From Chromatiales bacterium (GTDB lineage Bacteria; Pseudomonadota; Gammaproteobacteria; JAJPIJ01): DNA of 64,000 nucleotides. Each line of letters opens with the position of its first letter. Within the stretch, counting starts at the first letter, position 1. The translations under genes and the position numbers were made by a program. The DNA is taken from NCBI GenBank assembly GCA_052388435.1, contig JBQTIC010000003.1:1565-65564 (forward strand), read 5' to 3'. The notes under the pieces are model-generated. The model did no database searches. It saw nothing but the letters and a program-made list of their open reading frames with translations, and had not been told where the DNA came from. Positions 1-8,841 of this stretch are shown here, piece by piece.

Positions 1-741
1 CTAGCGTTGGTCACCTGAACTTACACTGAATTGCGGACGAGGTTTATTTCATGAACGCTCGCGCAACGCACCGCTGACCGGACGGTACGGTGGCGATCCG
101 GTGGCCCAGACGCAGCCGCCAGTGCGGGAGCGGCGGCCAGAGCCCCATTCTGCACCCGCTGCGCGCTGGCGCAGACCGGTGCGCTCGAAAATCGCCGCCG
201 CCATATGCGCGACTACTGTCACGCCACGCCCGTCAGGCTCCGGGCACGCTTGTGCTGTCTCCTGCGCTCTTATCGGCCGGTGTGCCGCTTTGGACGCACG
301 TGGTTAGAGCGGTGTTTTACCATGTCGACTCATTCCTCGATAACAGTATTGGTCTGGCCGAGAATGACACGGACACTCTCCAGGATCACATCGTCTCGTT
401 GTCGGCCTGTGCTAACTGGACGCGGGTAGGGAATGGCCGCTGGAACGGGCGGCGCGCTGCGCCCTCCCCGGCGATTCTCAACGTCGCCGAGGCGAGGGAA
501 GTTGACGACGCGCTCAGCGAAAGGCCTCCCGGCGCAGTCCGGGTCGGTGATTACTGCAGGTGCGAGCGCATCGTTTACCGCCTCGATGCCGATACGCTGA
601 CCGGCGGGATCGGCTTGAACCTCACACTGTCACCGGGAGTCGCCGTAGATCTCTCCATGCTAGACTTGCTTGCTACGGGCAATGACAATGCTACACGGCC
701 TGCTGCTGTGTGCCAGCCTGGTCTACCTCTTCTAATCCGCC

Positions 742-945
742 ATGACCGCATCCCTTCCGCAGACCATCTTGCGCTTTGCCGCGCAGTTGCGTTTCCCGCA
801 GCTCTTTCTGCTCGCACTGGCCCTGTTTGTGATCGATGTGCTCGTGCCCGATGTCATACCGTTTGCGGACGAGATCCTGCTCGGCCTGCTGACCTTGATC
901 TTCGCAAGCCTTCGGCGGCGGAAGGGATCCGGAAATACACGGTAA
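742..945 (+). CDS. small membrane protein, about 67 aa. Hydrophobic, with a DVLVPDVIPFADEILLG motif reminiscent of DUF1232/YkvA-type small membrane proteins
   Basis: ORF in a different frame from the long, probably spurious 90..1127 ORF. One predicted TM helix. The motif is only a loose family match and no Shine-Dalgarno sequence is seen. Confidence 0.35.
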   Translation: MTASLPQTILRFAAQLRFPQLFLLALALFVIDVLVPDVIPFADEILLGLLTLIFASLRRRKGSGNTR

Positions 946-1036
946 CTGGCGTCGGTCGGCATCAAAGGCGACCGCAGGACGTGGGGTCCGCGTCACCGGC
1001 TGGGCCAAGGGCTTCGGACTACCAGGGGCTGCTCAC

Positions 1037-2362
1037 TTACTGGTTTGATCGCCGCCGCGCTGTGCGGGGCGGCTGCGGCAGGCGCGAGGCGCGATCGTGC
1101 ACGATGTTGCCCTCATACACGGTATAGCAGACGCGACCCTTGAAGGTCGCGCCCAGGAAGGGCGTATTCCGACCTTGGCTGAGCATGACCTGCTCGGTAA
1201 GTTGCCAGTGTTCCTCCGCATCGAAGACGCAAACGTCAGCCTGCGCCCCCTCGGTCAGAGTTCCCGCTTCGATGCCGAGAATGTCCGCCGGTCCGCAAGT
1301 CATGGCCGCGATGGCTGCAGGAAGATCGACCACACCCTCCTCCACCAAGCGCAGCGTCAGAGGCAACCAAGTCTCGAGAGCGGAGATGCCGGGGTCGGTG
1401 GCGTCGAATGGCAGACGCTTGGCGTCCTGGTCATGCGGCTGGTGATCCGAACAGATCGCGGTGATCACGCCCCTTTTGAGACCCTTGCGCAAACCCTCCC
1501 GGTCGCGGCGGCTTCGCAGTGGCGGGCGGACATGGCAAAAACTGTTGAAGGCATCAACATCCTCGTCGATCAGATGCAGGTGCTGGATGCTTACGTCCGC
1601 CGTGACCGGAAGTCCGCGACGGCGCGCTTCGCCAATCATAGCAACTGACCTCGCCGCGGACAGCCGACAAAAGTGGGCCCTCGCGCCGGTCTGCTCGATG
1701 AGAAGCAGCTCGCGGGCGACCGCCACAGTCTCCGCAGTCTCCGGGATACCCGGCAGACCCAGCCGCGTACTGAATGGTCCTTCATGCACGTGGCCCTGCC
1801 CCGCCAGCCAGGGATCCTCGGCGTGCAGGAACACCGTCACCCCCACGGTGGCTGCGTATTCCATCGCCCGACGCATTACCTCTGTGCTCGGCACCGGCAC
1901 GCGGGCGTTGCTTACCCCGACGCAACCCACCTGCTTAAGCCCGCTCATGCCCGCGAGCTGCTCGCTCTTCAGCTCCCGGGTCAAGGCACCGAGACACAGG
2001 ACGCGCGCGTGGCCGCTCGCCGTGGCGCGCTGGTGAATCAGTTCGACCACTGCGGGCGTGTCGATGACCGGCAACGTGTCGGGCGGCACGCACAATGTGG
2101 TGACGCCACCCGCCGCGGCGGCACGCGTTTCGCTCGCGATGGTCCCCTTTTGTGTGTAGCCTGGTTCCCCCAGCCTTGCGCTCAGCTCAACGAGACCGGG
2201 GCAGACGATGAGGCCCCTCGCCGCCAGCGTCCTGTCGGCCTTGAAGCTCCTTGGGGCGCGGCCTACGCCGCCTATGCGATCGCCCTCCACGAACACATCG
2301 GTCACGGCATCGATGTGATTCGCCGGATCGATGACATGCCCGCCCTGTATCACCAAGCGCAT
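1037..2362 (-). CDS. dihydroorotase-like protein, the non-catalytic PyrC' partner of aspartate carbamoyltransferase
   Basis: Amidohydrolase-fold ORF immediately downstream of pyrB, as in Pseudomonas PA0401. It lacks the N-terminal HxH metal-ligand motif. The start is taken at MRLVIQGG, 11 nt after the pyrB stop; the listed ORF start at 2395 is the alternative. Confidence 0.7.
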   Translation of the reverse strand: MRLVIQGGHVIDPANHIDAVTDVFVEGDRIGGVGRAPRSFKADRTLAARGLIVCPGLVELSARLGEPGYTQKGTIASETRAAAAGGVTTLCVPPDTLPVIDTPAVVELIHQRATASGHARVLCLGALTRELKSEQLAGMSGLKQVGCVGVSNARVPVPSTEVMRRAMEYAATVGVTVFLHAEDPWLAGQGHVHEGPFSTRLGLPGIPETAETVAVARELLLIEQTGARAHFCRLSAARSVAMIGEARRRGLPVTADVSIQHLHLIDEDVDAFNSFCHVRPPLRSRRDREGLRKGLKRGVITAICSDHQPHDQDAKRLPFDATDPGISALETWLPLTLRLVEEGVVDLPAAIAAMTCGPADILGIEAGTLTEGAQADVCVFDAEEHWQLTEQVMLSQGRNTPFLGATFKGRVCYTVYEGNIVHDRASRLPQPPRTARRRSNQ

Positions 2363-2372
2363 GGCGCCACCC

Positions 2373-3335
2373 TCATCCCGCCTTGCTGCCTGCAATCATC
2401 GCCATGATCGCCATGCGCACCGCGATCCCGTGACTGACTTGCTGGAGGATGACGGAGCGGCTGCCGTCGGCCACTGTCGAATCGATCTCAACGCCACGGT
2501 TGATCGGCCCTGGATGCATCACCATCACTTCGGGCCCGGCGTGCCGCAGCCGTTCCTCGGTGAGGCCGTAAAGACGGAAGAACTCGGCGGAACTCGGCAG
2601 TAACGCACTGCGCATGCGTTCCTGTTGCAGACGGAGCATCACCACGACGTCGACGTCACGCAGGCCTGCATCCAAATCATGAAAGACACGCACCCCCATC
2701 ATTTCCACGCCCGCGGGCATAAGCGTGCGCGGACCGACAACACGTATGTCAGGCACCCCCAGGATGCGCAGCGCGTGGATCTCTGATCGCGCGACCCGTG
2801 AATGCAGGATATCGCCAACGATAGCCACCGCAATGTTACTGAAGCCGCGCTTGTAACGGCGTATGGTGAAGACATCGAGCATCGCTTGCGTCGGGTGGGC
2901 GTGGCGCCCGTCGCCGGCATTGAGCACGCTGATGCGCGGCGCCACGTGGGTCGCAATAAAGTGGGCGGCGCCGCTTAAGGAGTGGCGCACCACGAACATG
3001 TCGCAGTGCATAGCCTCCAGCGTGTGCAAGGTATCGAGCAGGGACTCGCCCTTCTTCGCCGAGGAACTCTCAATGTTGAGATTGAGGATATCCGCCGACA
3101 GCCGGTTGGCCGCCAGTTCGAAGGTCATGCGCGTGCGCGTGCTGGGCTCGAAAAAGAGGTTGACGACCGTTTTGCCGCGCAACAGCGGAACCTTCTTGAC
3201 CGCCCGCCCCGTCACGCCGGCGAAGCCCTCCGCGCGATCGAGGATCTCGACCAGCAACTCGCGGGGGAGACCTTCGACGGTTAGAAAATGCTGCAGACGG
3301 CCATGTTCGTTGATTTGAATGTCACGCGCCGTCAT
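2373..3335 (-). CDS. pyrB: aspartate carbamoyltransferase catalytic subunit
   Basis: 320 aa with the STRTR and HPxQ motifs. The ATGA overlap with the pyrR stop indicates translational coupling. Confidence 0.9.
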   Translation of the reverse strand: MTARDIQINEHGRLQHFLTVEGLPRELLVEILDRAEGFAGVTGRAVKKVPLLRGKTVVNLFFEPSTRTRMTFELAANRLSADILNLNIESSSAKKGESLLDTLHTLEAMHCDMFVVRHSLSGAAHFIATHVAPRISVLNAGDGRHAHPTQAMLDVFTIRRYKRGFSNIAVAIVGDILHSRVARSEIHALRILGVPDIRVVGPRTLMPAGVEMMGVRVFHDLDAGLRDVDVVVMLRLQQERMRSALLPSSAEFFRLYGLTEERLRHAGPEVMVMHPGPINRGVEIDSTVADGSRSVILQQVSHGIAVRMAIMAMIAGSKAG

Positions 3336-3850
3336 GCCGTCGTCTGGAAGGTCAGCGCCAGTGGCTCTGCTCCTAGAAGTTTAACATGTTCACCCGGCCC
3401 CAGTGACATGTGCACGCCGACAACGTTCGCTTCGATGGGCAGCTCGCGACCACCGCGGTCCACCAGCACCACTAGCGTCACGCTTGCCGGTCTGCCGTAG
3501 TCGAAGATCTCGTTCAGCGCCGCGCGCACAGTGCGTCCCGTGTAGAGGATGTCATCGACCAGCACGACGTGGCGGTCTTCCACATCGAAGGGCAGGTCCG
3601 ACGGTTCAACCGTCGGGTGCAGGCCCTTACGCGCAAAGTCATCGCGATGATACGCAATGTTGAGAGAGCCGACGGGATCGCTCAGATTCAAATGCTGGCG
3701 CAGCGCCTCCGCCACCCATACCCCGCCGGTGCGGATCCCTATCAGGGCGACCGATTGGCGCTCCGAGGCGGCGAGGCGCTCGATGAGCTGCTCAGCCATG
3801 GTATCGAGCACGGCAGGGATATCGGTGCCATCATTACGTGCGGTTTTCAT
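3332..3850 (-). CDS. pyrR: bifunctional pyrimidine operon regulator / uracil phosphoribosyltransferase PyrR
   Basis: 172 aa with a PRTase fold ([12 protein letters not shown]). It sits directly upstream of pyrB. Confidence 0.85.
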   Translation of the reverse strand: MKTARNDGTDIPAVLDTMAEQLIERLAASERQSVALIGIRTGGVWVAEALRQHLNLSDPVGSLNIAYHRDDFARKGLHPTVEPSDLPFDVEDRHVVLVDDILYTGRTVRAALNEIFDYGRPASVTLVVLVDRGGRELPIEANVVGVHMSLGPGEHVKLLGAEPLALTFQTTA

Positions 3851-4244
3851 TCAGCCAGGTCTCCAGGATGACTTGCGCCGCGACGGCATCCAGGTCGTCG
3901 CGCCCCCTGCGCAGCCTAGCGCCAGCCTCATGCGAGGACAACCGTTCATCGATCAGATGTACCGGTAAACTGTACCGCTGCCGCAGCTGATCGCGGAAAC
4001 GGTGCACGGGTCCTGCCAACCGATGAGTCGTTCCGTCGGTACTGACTGGCAGCCCGACCACAAAGAGCCGGGGCTCGAACTGGCGCACGAGGCGCGCGAT
4101 GGCTTCCCAGTCCGGTTCACGGTTGCTGACACGTATGGTCTGCAGCGGGCTGGCAGTATGCGTGATGGTCTGGCCTACGGCCACGCCGAGGCGCTTCTCA
4201 CCGTAATCGAAGCCGAGTACCGTCACCTGCCGGATTGCTGGCAT
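3834..4244 (-). CDS. ruvX: Holliday-junction resolvase-like nuclease RuvX/YqgF
   Basis: 136 aa. FDYGEKRLGVAVG and the RNase H-like YqgF signature are present. It lies in the conserved yqgE-yqgF pair. Confidence 0.85.
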   Translation of the reverse strand: MPAIRQVTVLGFDYGEKRLGVAVGQTITHTASPLQTIRVSNREPDWEAIARLVRQFEPRLFVVGLPVSTDGTTHRLAGPVHRFRDQLRQRYSLPVHLIDERLSSHEAGARLRRGRDDLDAVAAQVILETWLNENRT

Positions 4245-4347
4245 CCCGGCAGCCGTTCTTCAAAAAAGGATCCGAGGCTTCGAAGGTGCGGATGCGCCGC
4301 CGCGCACCGGGCGGCCATCGCCGCCTCGCGCTGAGGCACCGCCCCCA

Positions 4348-4899
4348 TCACGCGTGGCCCGCCTCGGGCGACATGGCATCGATGTTGATGCCCAGCAGCG
4401 CGGCGGCGCGACGCCAGCGATCCTGCGGCGGCACTTTGAAGAGGATCTGTTCATTGGCGGGGCTCGACAGCCACGCATTGTCGAGTATCTCCTGCTCCAG
4501 CTGACCTGCCGACCAGCCCGCATACCCCAGCGCCACCAGCGTGTCGCTCGGGCCTTCGCCACGCGAGATGGCTTCAAGGATATCCCGTGACGTCGCCACG
4601 CCGACCTCGCCCCCAACCTCCAGACTGGACCCCCACTGGGTATTCGGCCGGAAGAGAATAAAGCCACGATCCCGTTGCACCGGTCCGCCCTGGAATACCG
4701 GAATGTCATTGATGCGGGGATGCGTTGCCTGCATCTGCATCTGGCTCAACACCTCGCCAAGGCCGAAGCTCAGCGGACGGTTGATCACGATGCCCATTGC
4801 CCCCTCCTCGCTGTGCGCACACATATACGTGACCGTGTGCGAGAAATTGGGGTCCGCCAGGCTGGGCATGGCGATCAGGAAGTGGTTGGTGAGATTCAT
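4348..4899 (-). CDS. yqgE: YqgE/AlgH family protein (UPF0301)
   Basis: It aligns along its whole length to E. coli YqgE (MNLxxHFLIAMP...GYAGWSAGQLEQEILDNAWL). The start is chosen at MNLTNHFLIAMP. Confidence 0.8.
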   Translation of the reverse strand: MNLTNHFLIAMPSLADPNFSHTVTYMCAHSEEGAMGIVINRPLSFGLGEVLSQMQMQATHPRINDIPVFQGGPVQRDRGFILFRPNTQWGSSLEVGGEVGVATSRDILEAISRGEGPSDTLVALGYAGWSAGQLEQEILDNAWLSSPANEQILFKVPPQDRWRRAAALLGINIDAMSPEAGHA

Positions 4900-5137
4900 C
4901 GACCGCATAGAGATAAGTATCAGCACCCAACATTGAAGTTACAAGTCGACGGCGCGGTGGCTCCCGCCGAACAAGCTCATTGATGACAGCGACCAGCACG
5001 GTAAGGCCAGAATTGCGTCATCGCCGCTAGCATAGGAACAGGCCCCAGGCAGGCCTTTCGCGGTCACAAGTCTCCATCATCCATGACCGTGCTTGCAAAG
5101 CGGCACACGTCTAGCGCGGCGCAGAGTCAAGTAGCCG

Positions 5138-6199
5138 CTACTGGCTGGCGAAGCGCGCGCCGCTCTTGAATTGCCACGTACGGGTAATATGCAGGATGTC
5201 GACCTCCGTCGCGAAGGCCTCGGGAAAGGCAGCGTAAGGCGCAGCCAGCTCGACGATACGGATGGCGGCGTCATCAAGCACCGAGAACCCCGAGGGCCGG
5301 CGAACGGTAATTTCGCTGATGGAGCCGTCGGCATTGAGCGCGACGTCCAGTATGAGGCTCCCGGAGAGACGTTGCCGACGGGCCTCGTCCGGGTAATTGA
5401 GATTACCGATCCGCTCCACCTTCTGCCGCCACGCCTCCATGTAGGCGGCGTATTTGTATTCGGCGGTGGTCGCAGAGATGAACTTGCGCCGCGGGCGTTT
5501 CGCCTTGGCTTCCATGCGTTCGGCGATCTCCGCATCGAGACTCGCGATCTGAAAGGAGCGCGCGAGTAAGGCGGCACCGGACAGCGTTGGCGGGAGCGGC
5601 GGCGTCGTGGCCTCTCTCTCGGCTTTCGCCATCTCCGGCTCGCGATCTACGGCTGCCGCCGTTGATTCGCTGGTGGCGGCCTCTTCTTTCTTCACGTCGC
5701 GCGTGACCGGCGGTGTCTCGGCAATCGACTTCTCGGCCTCCGCCATGGATTGCGCGACGAGCTCCGGCGTGACGGTGGTCTCCTGCTCGACCTCCCGCGC
5801 GACCGTTGCGGGATCGGGCCGGGCAGTGTCGGGCGCAACTTCTGGCGGCGCCGGAGCAGGGAGATCAAAGGCAAGGGAAGGCGTGGGAGCCATCGGCACC
5901 GCGGACACGGCGGCCGGCACGGGGGTGGCCATTGGCGTCGCGGGACGCACGTCCTCCTCCTCCTCGCCGCCGCCAATCTGGTTGGCCTGCGCCAGAAGTT
6001 GCGCGTCCTTCGGCTTCTCCTCGCTGCGACTGTTCACCAGCACGATCTCGATTGTCTCGTAGCCCGGCAAGTCCGGCAGCGGCGGCACGAAACTTACGCC
6101 GAGGATGACGATGGCGTGAAGCAGGATGGCAAGGCACAGTGTCAACGCCAGCCGATCGCTCGGCGCGACGACTGCCGTGGCACTCAGTACTGCTGACAA
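5138..6199 (-). CDS. TonB family energy transducer: N-terminal TM anchor, Pro/Ala/Glu-rich spacer, C-terminal TonB domain
   Basis: The C-terminal domain (...LSGSLILDVALNADGSISEITVRRPSGFSVLDDAAIRIVE...) is TonB-like. Its position between gshB and yqgE matches the Pseudomonas PA0406 locus. Confidence 0.7.
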   Translation of the reverse strand: MSAVLSATAVVAPSDRLALTLCLAILLHAIVILGVSFVPPLPDLPGYETIEIVLVNSRSEEKPKDAQLLAQANQIGGGEEEEDVRPATPMATPVPAAVSAVPMAPTPSLAFDLPAPAPPEVAPDTARPDPATVAREVEQETTVTPELVAQSMAEAEKSIAETPPVTRDVKKEEAATSESTAAAVDREPEMAKAEREATTPPLPPTLSGAALLARSFQIASLDAEIAERMEAKAKRPRRKFISATTAEYKYAAYMEAWRQKVERIGNLNYPDEARRQRLSGSLILDVALNADGSISEITVRRPSGFSVLDDAAIRIVELAAPYAAFPEAFATEVDILHITRTWQFKSGARFASQ

Positions 6200-6263
6200 G
6201 GAATATGCACCCCTGGTTTGCTGACCAATCGCAGATTATAGCTGCAACAGCTGGTGAAGTAAG

Positions 6264-7217
6264 TCAGCGCTTCGGCAGCCGCTGCGCGATGGTATCGATA
6301 ACCTGCCCCTTGATGTCCAGGCCGTAAATGCCCTCCAGCTCGCGCACGCAGGTGGGACTGGTGACGTTGATCTCGGTGAGATAGTCGCCGATGACATCCA
6401 GCCCGACGAACAGCAAGCCGCGGTCGCGCAGCGCGGGACCTACCTGGGCACAGATCCACCGATCGCGCTCTGTCAGCGCGACCCCTTCACCGCGGCCGCC
6501 GGCGGCGAGATTGCCGCGCATTTCGCCTGGGGCCGGTATACGAGCCAACCCATAGGGCACCGGCTCACCGTCGACGAGAAGAATGCGCTTGTCACCATCT
6601 GCAATGGCGGACAGAAAGCGTTGCGCCATCACGAAGCGCCGCTCGTGCTTGGTCATGACCTCGATGATGACATTGACATTGGAGTCGCCGCTGCGCAAAC
6701 GGAAGATCGACGCGCCGCCCATGCCGTCAAGCGGCTTCACTACCACATCACCGTGCTCGCGGAGAAACTCGCGGATCTGCTGCGCGCTGCGCGTCACCAG
6801 CGTCGGCGGACAGCACTGCGGAAACCAGGCGGTGAATAGTTTCTCGTTGGCATCGCGCAGACTGGCGGGCCGGTTTACGACCAGCACGCCGACGCGGTCG
6901 GCCTGCTCCAGCAGATAGGTACTGTAGACATAGTCCATGTCGAAAGGCGGGTCCTTGCGCATCAGGATCACGTCGAGTTCGGCGAGTGGCGCCGTGCGGC
7001 TTTCGCGCAAGTTGTACCAGTCGCGCGGATCATCGTGTACCGCAAGCGCCCGCAGGTGGGCGTAAGGGATACCGTCGCGCAGGAGGAGATCGCCGAGCTC
7101 CATGTAATGCAGCGCCCATCCGCGTGCCTGCGCCGCGAGCAGCAGGGCAAACGTGGTGTCCTTCCTGATGTTGATCCCGGCGATGGGATCCATCACCACG
7201 CCCAGTTGCACAGTCAT
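6264..7217 (-). CDS. gshB: glutathione synthetase
   Basis: 317 aa with an ATP-grasp fold. N-terminal VVMDPIAGINIRKDTTFALLLAAQ is characteristic of GshB. Confidence 0.9.
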   Translation of the reverse strand: MTVQLGVVMDPIAGINIRKDTTFALLLAAQARGWALHYMELGDLLLRDGIPYAHLRALAVHDDPRDWYNLRESRTAPLAELDVILMRKDPPFDMDYVYSTYLLEQADRVGVLVVNRPASLRDANEKLFTAWFPQCCPPTLVTRSAQQIREFLREHGDVVVKPLDGMGGASIFRLRSGDSNVNVIIEVMTKHERRFVMAQRFLSAIADGDKRILLVDGEPVPYGLARIPAPGEMRGNLAAGGRGEGVALTERDRWICAQVGPALRDRGLLFVGLDVIGDYLTEINVTSPTCVRELEGIYGLDIKGQVIDTIAQRLPKR

Positions 7218-7409
7218 AGGCTTACTTGAGGGACGGGGGTGGGCGCCGGCTGGCGTTTGTGCCTGAGACGATCCACGGCTAGCATAGGTTCAAATCGGAG
7301 ACCTGTATACCATGAAACACGGGACGCTCCCCTGCGGATCTTGGCGGGTCGTTCGCGCACGGCACCCCGCGCGAACCGGCTGGTCACGGATCCATCGCCG
7401 GTAGCGAGC

Positions 7410-8348
7410 ATGAGCACTTCCCGCCGGCTGCTGCGCATCGCCACGCGCAAGAGCCCGCTCGCCTTGTGGCAGGCCCAGCACGTGAAGGAGAGGCTGTTCG
7501 CCCATCATCCCGAACTCGTGATCGAGCTTGTCGGGATCCAAACCCGCGGCGACAAGATTCTCGACAGCCCGCTAGCAAGCGTCGGAGGCAAGGGCCTCTT
7601 TATCAAGGAACTGGAGCACAGCCTGCGCGAGGGTCACACCGACATCGCCGTGCACTCCATGAAGGACGTCACCATCGATCTGCCGGCGGATCTTGCTCTT
7701 CCCGTGATCCTGGAGCGCGAGGATCCGCGCGACGCCTTCATCTCGGAGGCCTATCCTGCTCTGGACTCCCTGCCCGCTCACGCCCGCATCGGCACGTCCA
7801 GTTTGCGCCGCCAGTGTCAGTTGCGCGCACTCGGGCGCTCTTGGGTGATCCAGGATCTGCGCGGTAATATCGGCACGCGGTTGCGGCGACTCGATGAAGG
7901 ACACTTCGATGCCATCGTACTCGCCGTCGCCGGCCTGAAACGACTCGGCCTCCGAACGCGGGTGCGTCAATTTCTGGACACCGATGTGATGCTTCCCGCC
8001 ATCGGTCAGGGCGCGATAGGGATCGAGTGCCGAGCTGACGACCGCGCCGTGATCGATCTTATTGCGCCACTCTATCACGATGACACCGCGCGCTGTGTGC
8101 TCGCCGAGCGCGCCGTTAACCGCCGCCTGTACGGCGGCTGCCAGCTTCCCATCGCCGGCCATGCGTCCCTGCAGGGCGGGGAATTGCATTTGCGGGCGCT
8201 GGTAGGTCAGGTAGACGGCTCTATGATCCTGCGTGGCAGTATGAGCGGTCCTGCCGCCGACGGCGAGCGCCTGGGTCTGGAGCTCGCGGAAGACCTGCTC
8301 GCTCGCGGTGCGGCAGGCGTCCTCGTGAGCGTCACCGACCACCGCTAG
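7410..8348 (+). CDS. hemC: porphobilinogen deaminase (hydroxymethylbilane synthase)
   Basis: LRIATRKSPLALWQA...GGKGLFIKELE signature. The start is taken at the internal ATG at 7410 (MSTSRRLLRIATR); the listed ORF begins upstream at 7239. Confidence 0.9.
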   Translation: MSTSRRLLRIATRKSPLALWQAQHVKERLFAHHPELVIELVGIQTRGDKILDSPLASVGGKGLFIKELEHSLREGHTDIAVHSMKDVTIDLPADLALPVILEREDPRDAFISEAYPALDSLPAHARIGTSSLRRQCQLRALGRSWVIQDLRGNIGTRLRRLDEGHFDAIVLAVAGLKRLGLRTRVRQFLDTDVMLPAIGQGAIGIECRADDRAVIDLIAPLYHDDTARCVLAERAVNRRLYGGCQLPIAGHASLQGGELHLRALVGQVDGSMILRGSMSGPAADGERLGLELAEDLLARGAAGVLVSVTDHR

Positions 8349-8575
8349 GCGGAGGCGGCCCGCTTCGAACACTGTCGGGTAGACACGTTACTGGACGGAG
8401 CGCAACCTGACTATAATGAGAAACAAAGGAGCGCCTCTCGGATGGAATCGCTGCCTGCGGGGCGTGTGCCAGAAGCACGGGCTTGCCCCAATCGCATCGC
8501 TGGGCGCTCCAGAGGGCGTCTATGATCGATTTCACCTCCTCCGCGCACTCGGTGAGGTATAAGAAGAGGGCGGTC

Positions 8576-8782
8576 ATGGCAGAGGAAAGAACGAAATCCA
8601 TTCAGAAGCGGATAATGGAGTTGCAGATTGAGCACCGCGACCTGGATGAGATTGTGACCCGCCTGTCGCAGGATCCCCTGGTCGATCAGTTGCAGCTCAC
8701 CAGGCTCAAAAAGCGCAAGCTGCTGCTGAAGGACCAGATTTCGAGACTGAAAAGCCAACTCATACCGGATCTGGACGCCTAA
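8576..8782 (+). CDS. DUF465 / YdcH-like small coiled-coil protein
   Basis: 68 aa. MAEERTKSIQKRIMELQIEHRDLDEIVTRL... matches the YdcH family. A purine-rich RBS precedes it. Confidence 0.7.
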   Translation: MAEERTKSIQKRIMELQIEHRDLDEIVTRLSQDPLVDQLQLTRLKKRKLLLKDQISRLKSQLIPDLDA

Positions 8783-8841
8783 ACTTCCTTACCATTCTGC
8801 CGATTGATTTAGTTCATCTCCCCTCAGCGATCCCGATACGC

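Noticed and set aside
90-1127. 345-aa plus-strand ORF at the start of the window
   Set aside because: The translation is Arg/Pro/Ala/Gly-rich with no motifs. This is typical of out-of-frame reading of GC-rich DNA. It overlaps a better small membrane-protein ORF (742..945) in another frame and runs into pyrC' on the opposite strand.
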